A stretch of 64,000 nucleotides of DNA from Calditrichaceae bacterium (GTDB taxonomy: Bacteria; Calditrichota; Calditrichia; Calditrichales; JBFXGD01), in contig JBFXGD010000002.1 in NCBI GenBank assembly GCA_050178385.1, positions 842 through 64,841 on the forward strand, given 5' to 3'. Shown here piece after piece: positions 45,943 through 56,672 of this stretch. Made by a program: the position numbers and the translations under genes. A model generated the notes under the pieces. It worked only from the letters and a program-made list of their open reading frames with translations, made no database searches and was not told where the DNA came from. How positions within the stretch are numbered: the first letter of the stretch is position 1; each line of letters opens with the position of its first letter.

Positions 45943-47550
45943 TTGCATCCACTTTTCTATAATACAAACACCATCCATCAGGATTACATCGCAGAGTCCG
46001 GAAAATTAAATTCCTTCATAAGACAACCGCTGAACCCCGACTGGAAAAATATTTGCAGGGACATTTTAAAATCTGATCAACACCGGATTTTTATCAAAGA
46101 ACTAATCCGGCAGAATCAAATGAATGCGGATGCAAAAGTACTTGATAATCTAAATCTGCTCGAAGAAAAAAACACGGTCATCATAATAACGGGGCAGCAG
46201 CTCGGATTATTTTTATCACCGCTTTATACTGTTTACAAAACTATTACAACCATCATGCTGGCGGACAAATTAAACGCAGAGAATCACGGGTTTCATTTTG
46301 TGCCTGTTTTTTGGCTGGAAACGGAAGACCATGATTTTCAGGAAGTTAATCATTTTAATTTCTGGACCAAAGACGGAACGTTGGCAAACTTAAACTATGA
46401 AGATGTTCAGGGTGATAAATATGTTTCGATAGGTAACCGCGGTCTTGATGGTAAAATTGTTCCAATCCTAAATCAATTGCGGGAAAATCTTCAGGAGACT
46501 GAATTCACAAATTCATTGTTTGAAGCATTGGATAGAATTTACAAACCAGGAAGACCCTGGCACGAAGCTTTTTCTGAGCAGATGATGATGCTATTTAAGG
46601 AGTACGGGCTTCTGTTGTTTAATCCGTCAACGGAATCCGTAAAAGAAAAAAGTATTGGGTTTTTTGAAGAAATCGTTAAAAAAAATAGTGAATTGTTAAA
46701 TAAAATAGAAGATCAGTCAAGGCATCTTGAGCAATCAGGTTATTTTCAGCAGGTTCATGTGCAGGGTGATAAGAGTTATCTGTTTTATAAAACAAAAGAG
46801 GGAAAGCGCGAAGCCATTATCCGGGATGGTGATTTTTTCAGAATTTTTGATCACGATGAAAAATTATCAGGGGATCAATTAATCAGAATGATTCATGCAA
46901 ATCCGGGATTAGTCTCGTCAACCGTTCTGACAAGACCATTATGGCAAAGCTGGATGCTTCCCGTGGCATCTTATGTCGCCGGACCCGCGGAAATCGCATA
47001 CTGGGCACAAATCAGCGCCGCATTTGATTCGCTTGGTATCGTCATGCCCCATCTAAAATCGAGAATTTCCGCTACGCTGATTGAACCAAAAATTCAAAGA
47101 TTGCTTAATAAATATGAGATAGATCCGGATCGCCTTCAACCTGATGCGGATGAATTTATTGCGGATTTTTTTAGAGCTGATCAATTCAGGGATTTGGACG
47201 AGATTTTCATGAATCTGAAGAAGGCAATAGATCGATACCGGCAGGAAATAACCGGGAAAGCGATAATTCTTGATCCGACAGCGGCAGCTCCCGTTGAAAA
47301 AACATTTGATTCGATAGAAGCCAATATGGATCGGCTGGCCGGGAGACTGATCAAAAAAGCCCAGGAACAGAACGCTTTAATGACCGGGCACTTTGAAACA
47401 ATCTACAAAGCCGTTTTGCCTGAAAAACATATGCAGGAAAGATACATCGGGAGCATTTATTTTTTGAATAAATATGGCCCCGGTTGGATTCAGCATTTGT
47501 TTGATAATTTAAAGCTCGACCGCCGGTCACATCAGATCATTCAACTTTAA
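45943..47550 (+). CDS. bshC: Bacillithiol biosynthesis cysteine-adding enzyme BshC
   Basis: 535 aa, with the family-typical layout: TGQQLGLFLSPLYTVYK, WLETEDHDF, and GPAEIAYWAQ near the C-terminal third. TTG start. Confidence 0.8.
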   Translation: MHPLFYNTNTIHQDYIAESGKLNSFIRQPLNPDWKNICRDILKSDQHRIFIKELIRQNQMNADAKVLDNLNLLEEKNTVIIITGQQLGLFLSPLYTVYKTITTIMLADKLNAENHGFHFVPVFWLETEDHDFQEVNHFNFWTKDGTLANLNYEDVQGDKYVSIGNRGLDGKIVPILNQLRENLQETEFTNSLFEALDRIYKPGRPWHEAFSEQMMMLFKEYGLLLFNPSTESVKEKSIGFFEEIVKKNSELLNKIEDQSRHLEQSGYFQQVHVQGDKSYLFYKTKEGKREAIIRDGDFFRIFDHDEKLSGDQLIRMIHANPGLVSSTVLTRPLWQSWMLPVASYVAGPAEIAYWAQISAAFDSLGIVMPHLKSRISATLIEPKIQRLLNKYEIDPDRLQPDADEFIADFFRADQFRDLDEIFMNLKKAIDRYRQEITGKAIILDPTAAAPVEKTFDSIEANMDRLAGRLIKKAQEQNALMTGHFETIYKAVLPEKHMQERYIGSIYFLNKYGPGWIQHLFDNLKLDRRSHQIIQL

Positions 47551-47619
47551 TTTATTCCGCACTATATTGCTGCGCGGGTTTAGTTTCAGATGGAATTCCA
47601 ATGAGGTCCAAGATTAGTT

Positions 47620-47853
47620 ATGCCGGAAACGAATAATAATCGGAATATACCGGGGAAAAAACCGCTTTGGGAAGAGATAAAACACTTTACAAAGAAGAAA
47701 TCTTTACTCGCCACGCTGCTTATTGTAATAGGGTTGATCGGTTTTGTCATTCCTGTCATACCAGGGCTGCTACTGATTTTGTTCGCGGTGGCTTTGCTGA
47801 AACCCGGTTTAATGAAGCAAATACGTGAAAAATTAAAAAAATGGAAGATTTAA
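47620..47853 (+). CDS. Small membrane protein (PGPGW-like, two TM helices)
   Basis: 77 aa. The hydrophobic hairpin LLATLLIVIGLIGFVIPVIPGLLLILFAVALL is flanked by basic residues. Confidence 0.5.
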   Translation: MPETNNNRNIPGKKPLWEEIKHFTKKKSLLATLLIVIGLIGFVIPVIPGLLLILFAVALLKPGLMKQIREKLKKWKI

Positions 47854-47857
47854 CCGC

Positions 47858-48298
47858 TTACGGGCGGACAACGTCCGAATAAATGATCATTTCTATGGGC
47901 TGAACAGAGCGCTTGCACCATCCTTCGGTTTCCGAGCAATGCACATAAGAAATTTCCCCTTTTACAAGACATGAATCATGCCGGGATGCCCCGGTGCATT
48001 TAAAAACCAGCAGAAAAATTTCATCACCCGAGTAATAAGAATCATCACTATTTGTGTCATTCTCAACGCTGAAGCCCAGATAGACAAAAGCGCGAGCGGT
48101 ATCAGTCAACGCGAAATCAATTTCAGGTTCTCTGTTGAGATGTTGGTCATCGCCGGCAATCATTTTCAATGGAACTACAATATTACTGTCATTGTCCGCG
48201 GTGATCCGGTCGGTGTTTATTTCGAAATGGAGATCTTCGGCATAATTTATACCGATTAACAGAAGAACAAAGATGGCGGCCGTGGGTTTAAATTTCAC
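47858..48298 (-). CDS. Hypothetical secreted protein
   Basis: 146 aa ORF with a signal-like N-terminus (MKFKPTAAIFVLLLIGINYA). I recognise no motif. Confidence 0.4.
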   Translation of the reverse strand: MKFKPTAAIFVLLLIGINYAEDLHFEINTDRITADNDSNIVVPLKMIAGDDQHLNREPEIDFALTDTARAFVYLGFSVENDTNSDDSYYSGDEIFLLVFKCTGASRHDSCLVKGEISYVHCSETEGWCKRSVQPIEMIIYSDVVRP

Positions 48299-48306
48299 TT
48301 TTAAAC

Positions 48307-49335
48307 CTAATATTTCGATAAATCGGCGTTTACCATATTGAGCATAAGGGCTTTTTCACGCATGGGCAGAAAAGCGCTTTTAAAACCTCCCACGATGATA
48401 TCCTTTAAACCCTCAACATCAAGGTCGGCATATTTGGCAGCCAGATAAAGTTCATCGGTCATAGTCGTATTGGAAATCAGCCGGTTGTCGGTATTGATCG
48501 TCACACGCAGTCCGTATTCATAATAAAATTTTAACGGATGATTTTTAAATGACGAGGCCGCTTTGGTCTGAATATTACTCGTAAGACATATTTCCATGGG
48601 AATCCGATGGTCATTTACAAAGTTAAGTAAATCACCATTTTCTTTTAACCGGGTTCCATGGCCGATTCTGTGAGCGCCGCAATAATGGATGGCCTGATGA
48701 ATACTTTCCGGTCCATAGGCTTCACCGGCATGAGCAGTGCAGTTGATGTTGTTGTTCAAAATCAGATAAAACGCTTCGCGATGATGTTTGGCGGGGAAAT
48801 TTTCCTCGGCTCCGGCTAGATCAAAGCCTACCACACCCTGATTTTTGTAAGCGACGGACAATTCCGCAAGCAGAATAGACGTTTCCGGATTAATATTGCG
48901 CATCCCGCAGATAATAACGCCTGTTTTAATATGGTATTTTCTCTCAGCCTCTTTCAGGCCATGGAGAACCGCGTCGACTACGTCAGTGAGTTTCATGCCA
49001 TTATTTGTATGTAAGATAGGGGAATATCTTACTTCAAGATACCAGATGTTCTCCTTTGCCGCATCCTCGGCGAGCTCAAATGCCGCTCTTTTCAGTGCAT
49101 TAAACTCCTGGAGTACCGAAAGTGTGATGTCAAAAGGACGCAGGTATTCCACAAGGCTTTTACACTGCAGGCCCGGAACCAGAAGACGGGTCAGATCTTC
49201 TTTGTTGTCAGCGGGCAATTTTACATTTTGACTTTTTGCCAGGTCCAAAATTGTTTCAACTCTCATACTTCCGTCCAGGTGGCAGTGCAGGTCCGTTTTT
49301 GGCATCTGACGAATGAGTTTCTTATCTATTTCCAT
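48307..49335 (-). CDS. add: Adenosine deaminase
   Basis: PKTDLHCHLDGS, VVGFDLAG.E, HAGE and TINTDN motifs. Confidence 0.92.
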   Translation of the reverse strand: MEIDKKLIRQMPKTDLHCHLDGSMRVETILDLAKSQNVKLPADNKEDLTRLLVPGLQCKSLVEYLRPFDITLSVLQEFNALKRAAFELAEDAAKENIWYLEVRYSPILHTNNGMKLTDVVDAVLHGLKEAERKYHIKTGVIICGMRNINPETSILLAELSVAYKNQGVVGFDLAGAEENFPAKHHREAFYLILNNNINCTAHAGEAYGPESIHQAIHYCGAHRIGHGTRLKENGDLLNFVNDHRIPMEICLTSNIQTKAASSFKNHPLKFYYEYGLRVTINTDNRLISNTTMTDELYLAAKYADLDVEGLKDIIVGGFKSAFLPMREKALMLNMVNADLSKY

Positions 49336-49344
49336 GACAGCCTC

Positions 49345-49926
49345 TTATTTGTAAAATTTTGTATTTATAAATGGAATCATCGCGCTGATCAGAGCAGCTT
49401 CAAAAGCCCCTGTTCTGGTGAACAGGTTATTTGTTAATATGCCGAATGCGCCTTCTTTGGACCGGACATCTTCTTTACCGCTAACCTCATCGATAATTTC
49501 CGAAAGCTCCCTGTTCTTCTCATATAACTGAACTTCGATGGAGGCGGGTAGAGGGAGTCCCGGCGAGCAGCCAAAATGCCCTTCCACGCCGTTAAAAATA
49601 TAGACCCAGCTCTGCAGAATCGCTTGATGTCCACTGTTTTGAGAAAGATCGAGTCTGTAAGTTCCACCTTCCATCCCGATGGAATAATCCACAGACCGTT
49701 TTTGTTTTTTTAGTGAATCATATACAAAATGGGCTCTTTCCGCAGCGCCTTTTAGAATTTGTTCCAATGAAAGCGGCATATCGGGAACCGTTGTTTCAGC
49801 TATAAGGGGAATAAATTCTAAATTTGAATCTATGACTTCAGGAAATTTTCTCCTTATAATATCGAAAGCCTTTTTACAGGCATTTACCTTAGCATCATTT
49901 GTTGATCCGATTCCTACAATCATCAT
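49345..49926 (-). CDS. yjjX: Inosine/xanthosine triphosphatase (YjjX/DUF84 NTPase)
   Basis: N-terminal GSTN.AK..A....F. The C-terminal SKEGAFGILTNNLFTRTGAFEAALISAMIPF aligns by eye with E. coli YjjX [31 protein letters not shown]. Confidence 0.8.
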   Translation of the reverse strand: MMIVGIGSTNDAKVNACKKAFDIIRRKFPEVIDSNLEFIPLIAETTVPDMPLSLEQILKGAAERAHFVYDSLKKQKRSVDYSIGMEGGTYRLDLSQNSGHQAILQSWVYIFNGVEGHFGCSPGLPLPASIEVQLYEKNRELSEIIDEVSGKEDVRSKEGAFGILTNNLFTRTGAFEAALISAMIPFINTKFYK

Positions 49927-50843
49927 TGTACTGCTTGAGTTGAGTCGCTTTCCGATGGATTCATTTCTTCATCCGGAATCTCATCTGCCTGCGTCTCTGT
50001 GTCAGGCTGAATTTCGGGAGACACATCGTTTTCTGTTGATTCTTCGTCTATCATCTGCTCTTCCGGCACAATTTGCTTTAAATCGGAAGACGCGGCTTCA
50101 TCAACAGGTACGACTTTCCCGGGTTTAGAAGAAACGGGTTCCGCGCCGGTTTCTGAACTGAGACCGAGCTGTTCCTTGTAATTTTTTAATGATGATGCAT
50201 CGGTAGGTAATTCCTTCGAATCTTCCGGATTTAAAAGTTTGATTCGCGCAAGAATACTGAACATGGATTCAGGATACAGAATCGGCAATTTCTTATATTC
50301 ATTAACAGCCTCGTTTGTCATACCTGTTTTTGCTTTTACCAGCGCTTTGCGGTACTGGGCTTCCGATTTGCTAAACAGATCTTCACTGTCAGGATATTTT
50401 ACCGCCTTCTCATAATATCGGATGGCCAGTTGGTAATCACTGGAATCGGATGTGATAATCCCGGGATTAAACAAGGCGGCGCGTTCATAAAATCTGCCGA
50501 TCTGCGTATATATTCGGGGTACTCTGTCAGGGATAATATTTTCTTTTAAAAGCCGCAGAAGAAGATCCATTTGTTCTTCATATTTATCCATTGCTCCGTA
50601 TGCATCCGCCATTTTTAACTGGGTTTCGATATGAAGATCGGAAGTTGGGAATTTTAGCAAAAGAGACTCATACGTTTTTATCGCTTCATCGTATTTTCCG
50701 GCGTTGAACTCATCATTTCCAGCCTGTAGTAATTCTTCGGCGGTAATCTGTTCGGATTCAACACCCTTCTTTTTACCAAAGATACATCCGGTTGCAAAGA
50801 TCAGAATAAGAGCCAGGATAGATGCCATTTTGAGGTATTTCAT
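49923..50843 (-). CDS. TPR-repeat lipoprotein with an acidic C-terminal tail (BamD/YbgF-like)
   Basis: Lipobox FATGC. Several TPR-like units (AEELLQAGNDEFNAGKYDEAIKTYESLL..). Start placed at MKYLK (ATG 50843), preceded by GGAGA, rather than at the ORF-track start at 50876. Confidence 0.65.
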   Translation of the reverse strand: MKYLKMASILALILIFATGCIFGKKKGVESEQITAEELLQAGNDEFNAGKYDEAIKTYESLLLKFPTSDLHIETQLKMADAYGAMDKYEEQMDLLLRLLKENIIPDRVPRIYTQIGRFYERAALFNPGIITSDSSDYQLAIRYYEKAVKYPDSEDLFSKSEAQYRKALVKAKTGMTNEAVNEYKKLPILYPESMFSILARIKLLNPEDSKELPTDASSLKNYKEQLGLSSETGAEPVSSKPGKVVPVDEAASSDLKQIVPEEQMIDEESTENDVSPEIQPDTETQADEIPDEEMNPSESDSTQAVQ

Positions 50844-50872
50844 GATTTTATCTCCTGAAATAGATAATAATT

Positions 50873-52177
50873 TCATAGTACCGCTGAATAACTGTTAACC
50901 GAGTGAAGAATCTCAAGTTCATTTAATGTCAATAATTCTCTGTTCTTCATCAGCCATTTGCCATCTGTCATCACATGTTTCACATCTTCAGCTTTTGATG
51001 AATATACTACTTTTGCATAGATATCTTCGTACGGAACGGAATGAACTTGATTTAAATCTATAAATGTAAGATCCGCTTTCTTTCCTTCCTCGATACTGCC
51101 GATGGTATTCTGCATACCAAGTGTCTGCGCGCCGTTTATTGTGGCCATTTTAAATACTTCAAAAGCCGGCATAGCGGCGGGGCCGTATTTTGGTTTTTGA
51201 ATGAGAGCGGCGAGGCGCATTTCATTGAATATGTCCAGATTATTGTTGCAGGGCGCGCCGTCCGCTCCCAGCGAAACAGTTATTCCATTTTCAAGATATT
51301 CGGGTATTGGAGCGATGCCTGACGCGAGTTTTAGATTCGCGGAAGGACAATGAAGAACTTTTATGTCTTTTTCCTTTAAAAGGGAACGCTCTTCTTCATC
51401 GGTCCAGATACAGTGGGCAAGACATAGGTTTTCGCCCGCGACTCCTAATTCTTCAAACAGGCGGATATTTGAAACCCCGAAGCGTTCACGGACTAATTTC
51501 GCTTCATCTATGTTCTCTGACGCGTGTGTGTGGTACAGAACGTCATATTCCCGCGCGAGCCTGCCTGTTTCCGTTAAAAGTTCGTCCGAACAGGATAGAG
51601 CGAACCGCGGCGCGAACGCATATTGCAGCCGGCCATCATCAAACTGATGCCACTTTTTTAATAATCTTAAACTTTCGTCAATGCTTTCGTCGGTCTTTTC
51701 CTTAAGTTTTTCCGGAAGATTGCCGTAATCCATCATCGTTTTGCCGGCAAAAGCGCGCAAACCTGATTCCGCCAGAGCCTGGAAGATCATATCCTGATGA
51801 TTCACCGTACCCATATCCAGAATCGTTGTTGTACCGGATTTTATTAATTCGGCGATACCAAGTCTGGCGCTCAGCCCCAGACTCTCGGGAGTATGTCCGG
51901 CTTCAAAAGGCCAGATCTTTTTCTGCAGCCAGTCCAGAAGCTGCATATCATCGGCCATATTCCGGAATAATACCTGACAAAGGTGAATATGCGTCTGTAT
52001 AAATCCGGGAACAACCGCAAGGTTAGCAGCATTAAACACTTCATGACAAGGTTCATCAATTGTCTTTGCAATGCGCGTAATCCGGCGATCTTCAACCAGA
52101 ATGTCTCCGGTCAGAATTTCACTTTTAGGATTCATTGTAACGATCAGGGCGTTTTTGATAAGGATTTTTTGAGACAT
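50873..52177 (-). CDS. mtaD: Amidohydrolase-family deaminase (5-methylthioadenosine/S-adenosylhomocysteine deaminase-like)
   Basis: PGFIQTHIHLCQ metal-binding motif, HASE, and a C-terminal ..G.IE.GK.ADL pattern typical of MtaD/guanine-deaminase-type enzymes. Confidence 0.7.
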   Translation of the reverse strand: MSQKILIKNALIVTMNPKSEILTGDILVEDRRITRIAKTIDEPCHEVFNAANLAVVPGFIQTHIHLCQVLFRNMADDMQLLDWLQKKIWPFEAGHTPESLGLSARLGIAELIKSGTTTILDMGTVNHQDMIFQALAESGLRAFAGKTMMDYGNLPEKLKEKTDESIDESLRLLKKWHQFDDGRLQYAFAPRFALSCSDELLTETGRLAREYDVLYHTHASENIDEAKLVRERFGVSNIRLFEELGVAGENLCLAHCIWTDEEERSLLKEKDIKVLHCPSANLKLASGIAPIPEYLENGITVSLGADGAPCNNNLDIFNEMRLAALIQKPKYGPAAMPAFEVFKMATINGAQTLGMQNTIGSIEEGKKADLTFIDLNQVHSVPYEDIYAKVVYSSKAEDVKHVMTDGKWLMKNRELLTLNELEILHSVNSYSAVL

Positions 52178-52294
52178 TTTCTAAGCGTAACCCTATGTAA
52201 ATAAAAAGATAATATAAACGATGACCATATTTTTATCAAGTGAAAAAGTGATCAGGACTTTCTGCGGGGCATTCAAGCGCAGTCGGCTTTATCC

Positions 52295-52323
52295 TTGACA
52301 TATAATGGTAGATTAATTAAATT
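52295..52323 (+). promoter_or_regulatory. Candidate sigma-70-type promoter of gap
   Basis: TTGACA (52295-52300), a 17-nt spacer, then TAAATT (52318-52323). It lies ~60 nt upstream of the gap ATG. Confidence 0.45.
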
Positions 52324-52365
52324 TTGTAATTACGTAAACTTAATAAATACAAATTCTTTCCATAA

Positions 52366-53385
<1,020 letters not shown>

Positions 53386-53403
53386 GATTTATTGGGATAA
53401 ATG

Positions 53404-53433
53404 AGGCTATCTGTTTCAGATGGCCTTTTTTTT
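53404..53433 (+). terminator. Intrinsic terminator-like hairpin between gap and pgk
   Basis: AGGCTATCT / AGATGGCCT 9-bp stem (one G-U pair), 5-nt loop, T8 run at 53426-53433. Confidence 0.7.
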
Positions 53434-53451
53434 GCATCGAAGGAGAAAATC

Positions 53452-54648
53452 ATGGCAAAGCTCACTATAGATAAGATGAATTTTAAGGGTAAAAAGGTTC
53501 TGGTTCGTTGTGATTTTAATGTCCCTTTGGATAAGGATTTGCGGATAACAGATGACCGTAGAATTGTAGCATCTCTGCCGACAATAAAAAAGATCATCAA
53601 AGACGGCGGCAGCGCGGTCTTATGCAGTCACCTGGGTCGTCCAAAGGGAATGGTAAAAGATGAAATGCGTTTGAAGCCCGTGGCGGAGCGGCTTGCAGAG
53701 CTGTTGGGACGCGATGTGGTCATGGTTCCGGATTGTATAGGCGACAGCGTTAAAATACTAAAAAAAAATCTGAAGAGTGGTGATATACTCTTACTGGAAA
53801 ATTTAAGATTTCACAAAGAAGAGACGGATAATGATCCATCATTTGCGGCACAGTTGGCTGAAAATTTAGACGTATTTGTGAATGACGCGTTCGGAACTGC
53901 TCACAGGGCGCATGCATCAACGGAAGGTGTGACAAAATATTTTAATCAATCCGCGGCGGGATATCTTATTGAGAAAGAATTGAATTATCTCGGCGGCGCC
54001 ATCGAAACTCCAAAAAGACCATTGGTGGCAATACTCGGCGGAGCAAAGATTTCCGGAAAAATCGATGTTATTAAAAATCTTTTTAGTAAGGTTGACGCGC
54101 TAATCATCGGCGGTGGGATGATGTTTACGTTCTATAAATCCCGCGGTCTGGAAATAGGTCAGTCATTACTCGAGGAAGATAAACTTGGTCTGGCCCGGGA
54201 GATTCTGGCTGAGGCTGAAAAAACTAATGTAAAATTACTGCTGCCGACCGATGTGGTTGTCGCAGATAAATTCGATAATGAAGCAGCAAGGAGAGTAGTA
54301 TCGGCAAATTCAATACCGGAGAATTTCCTGGGTATGGATATAGGCCCGGAATCCATAAAGCTTTTTGTTTCTGTCATAGAAGGCGCGAAAACAATCATCT
54401 GGAATGGACCAATGGGAGTTTTTGAAATGCCTAATTTTGCCGCTGGCACTCGAAAAGTCGCTGAAGCGATGGCGAATGCAACAGCAAAAGGCGCGGTAAC
54501 GATCGTCGGTGGAGGAGATTCAGCCGCGGCGGTAAGCCAATTCGGGATGGATGAGCAGTTCTCACATATATCCACGGGCGGAGGCGCGTCGCTGGAATTT
54601 CTTGAGGGTAAAGAGCTGCCGGGTATATCAGCGTTAACCGATATTTAA
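53452..54648 (+). CDS. pgk: Phosphoglycerate kinase
   Basis: [20 protein letters not shown] and GGGDSAAA motifs. Start at the internal Met (53452) after AAGGAGAA. Confidence 0.96.
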   Translation: MAKLTIDKMNFKGKKVLVRCDFNVPLDKDLRITDDRRIVASLPTIKKIIKDGGSAVLCSHLGRPKGMVKDEMRLKPVAERLAELLGRDVVMVPDCIGDSVKILKKNLKSGDILLLENLRFHKEETDNDPSFAAQLAENLDVFVNDAFGTAHRAHASTEGVTKYFNQSAAGYLIEKELNYLGGAIETPKRPLVAILGGAKISGKIDVIKNLFSKVDALIIGGGMMFTFYKSRGLEIGQSLLEEDKLGLAREILAEAEKTNVKLLLPTDVVVADKFDNEAARRVVSANSIPENFLGMDIGPESIKLFVSVIEGAKTIIWNGPMGVFEMPNFAAGTRKVAEAMANATAKGAVTIVGGGDSAAAVSQFGMDEQFSHISTGGGASLEFLEGKELPGISALTDI

Positions 54649-54667
54649 AGTTGGAGAAGATGATACC

Positions 54668-55432
54668 ATGAAAAGAAACAAAGTCATTGCCGGAAACTGG
54701 AAAATGTATAAGACCAACTCGGAAGCGGTACAGTTGGCGAATCAAATCCGTATTAAAACAACTGACATAAAAAAAACTCAGATGATCCTGTGTCCGCCTT
54801 TTACTGCCTTGTCGGTCGTCTCGGAAGTGATTAAAGAGAGCCATATCGCTCTTGGGGCGCAAAATATGTACTGGGAAAAAGAAGGCGCGTTTACGGGCGA
54901 GATCAGCGCCGGAATGATAAAAAGCGCCGGGGCAATTTACGTCATTCTTGGGCATTCGGAACGTCGGCAGTATTTCGGAGAAACGGATGAAACAGTGAAC
55001 CGGAAAGTTAAATATGCATTAGATAACGGCTTAAAGACCATTGTATGTGTCGGCGAGTCACTTGAGCAGCGTGAATCCAATATCACCAAAAAGGTGGTTC
55101 AGAAACAGATACGCGGGGCGTTCGCCGATCTAAGCGGCGAAGATTTATCACATATCATCGTTGCCTATGAGCCGATCTGGGCCATAGGAACAGGAAAAAC
55201 CGCAAGCCCGGAACAAGCTCAGGAAGTTCATTATGAAATCCGTATGCTGATCAATGAAATGTATGGTGAACAAACCGCAGGGAAATTGGTGATACAGTAC
55301 GGAGGAAGCGTGAAGCCCGATAATGCCGATACACTATTGTCGCAGCCGGATATCGACGGCGCTCTGGTGGGAGGCGCTTGTCTCGTGGCGGACTCATTCT
55401 CGTCGATTATCCATACGGCAGAAAATATTTAA
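54668..55432 (+). CDS. tpiA: Triosephosphate isomerase
   Basis: AGNWKM, ILGHSERR, AYEPIWAIGTG and GGSVK motifs. Confidence 0.96.
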   Translation: MKRNKVIAGNWKMYKTNSEAVQLANQIRIKTTDIKKTQMILCPPFTALSVVSEVIKESHIALGAQNMYWEKEGAFTGEISAGMIKSAGAIYVILGHSERRQYFGETDETVNRKVKYALDNGLKTIVCVGESLEQRESNITKKVVQKQIRGAFADLSGEDLSHIIVAYEPIWAIGTGKTASPEQAQEVHYEIRMLINEMYGEQTAGKLVIQYGGSVKPDNADTLLSQPDIDGALVGGACLVADSFSSIIHTAENI

Positions 55433-55509
55433 AATTATCATAAAAGCACTTGAAACTTTATGATATATTATATAAATTAAAAGCTTTGATTTTAACCGGA
55501 GCGCGATAG

Positions 55510-55863
55510 ATGTATACATTTTTGATAATTTTGTTTGTACTGCTGAGTTTTTCCATGGTAGTAGTAATTCTTTTACAGGCCGGAAAAGGCCAGGGTCTTG
55601 CCGGATCAATCGGCGGGGGAATGGGCGGCAGTTCCGTTTTTGGCGGAAGAGGTGCAGCCGATTTTCTGAGTAAATCCACTACATGGATAGCTGCGGCATA
55701 TATGATTCTGGCGATTCTGATTGGATTTCTTTATAAATCGGAAGCTGAGACCACTCAGAAGAGTTTGATTCAGCAACGCGTTGAGGAACAGCAGTCACTG
55801 CCGGCCTCAAATATTCCTGTTGCGCCGATTCCTGAGACTGATCAGCCTTCACCGAATAATTAG
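55510..55863 (+). CDS. secG: Preprotein translocase subunit SecG
   Basis: TM1, then LLQ.GKG.GL..S.GGG......FG, then TM2. Lies in the conserved position after tpiA. Confidence 0.88.
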   Translation: MYTFLIILFVLLSFSMVVVILLQAGKGQGLAGSIGGGMGGSSVFGGRGAADFLSKSTTWIAAAYMILAILIGFLYKSEAETTQKSLIQQRVEEQQSLPASNIPVAPIPETDQPSPNN

Positions 55864-55871
55864 TTTTTGCT

Positions 55872-55957
55872 GCTGGAGTGGTGGAATTTGGTAGACACGC
55901 TATCTTGAGGGGGTAGTGGGTGAGATACCCGTGCGGGTTCAAGTCCCGCCTCCAGCA
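55872..55957 (+). tRNA. tRNA-Leu (anticodon GAG), class II with a long variable arm
   Basis: Acceptor GCTGGAG/CTCCAGC, anticodon stem CTATC/GGTAG with loop TTGAGGG, a long variable arm, T-arm GCGGG-TTCAAGT-CCCGC, discriminator A. 86 nt. Confidence 0.88.
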
Positions 55958-56001
55958 CATTTTAAATATCTAACGACTACACTTCTTACATATCTAATTT
56001 A

Positions 56002-56571
56002 TTGGCATTTTCTATGCTGGTTCAATTTTTCCAAAGAGTTGATACTTTTCTGTTTTACTTTATAAATGTTCATCTGGCCAATCCAATTTCAGATTGGATT
56101 ATGCCGATCATCACCAATAAATACACTTGGGCACCCGTATGGATCATTCTTGTGGTTGGCCTAATCTGGAAAGGCGGAGTGAAGGGAAGGTGGGCCGTTC
56201 TTATAGCGATTCTTGCCGTTGTTCTGGCAGATCAAATAGTAAATGAATTGATGAAGCCATATTTCCAGCGAATAAGACCTTGTAATGTACTTGAAAATAT
56301 AAATTTGCTTGGTAATAAAAAATCATCAAAATCCATGCCTTCATCCCACGCCGCAAACTTCTTTGCGCTTGCTACTGTTTTTTCCTGGTTCTACAGAAAA
56401 TATCAGTGGTATTTCTGGTTTTTCGCAACGCTTGTGGCGTATTCCAGAGTGGCTGTCGGCGTACATTATCCGTTTGATGTTCTTGTTGGCGCCATTTGCG
56501 GAATATTGTTTGGACTTACAGTGATATTCCTCGCCAAACGATACCCCGCTTTTGTACGTCAGGTTAAATGA
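56002..56571 (+). CDS. PAP2-family phosphatase (undecaprenyl-diphosphatase/lipid phosphatase type)
   Basis: Motifs K....R.RP, PSSHA and SRVAVGVHYPFDV, with multiple TM helices. Start is either the TTG at 56002 or the ATG at 56014. Confidence 0.85.
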   Translation: MAFSMLVQFFQRVDTFLFYFINVHLANPISDWIMPIITNKYTWAPVWIILVVGLIWKGGVKGRWAVLIAILAVVLADQIVNELMKPYFQRIRPCNVLENINLLGNKKSSKSMPSSHAANFFALATVFSWFYRKYQWYFWFFATLVAYSRVAVGVHYPFDVLVGAICGILFGLTVIFLAKRYPAFVRQVK

Positions 56572-56672
56572 TGTAGAACCGGATCATTTTATCCGGCATA
56601 ACATAGCCGCTCACCGGGAAGTATCACAACCAAATTCAAATAAATTTTTCTTTTTATTCAGCATTCCTTATA

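Noticed and set aside
54431-54955. A 174-aa minus-strand ORF spanning the pgk/tpiA junction, and a 138-aa ORF at 54159-54575.
   Set aside because: They are antisense to two of the most conserved glycolytic genes, so they are shadow ORFs.
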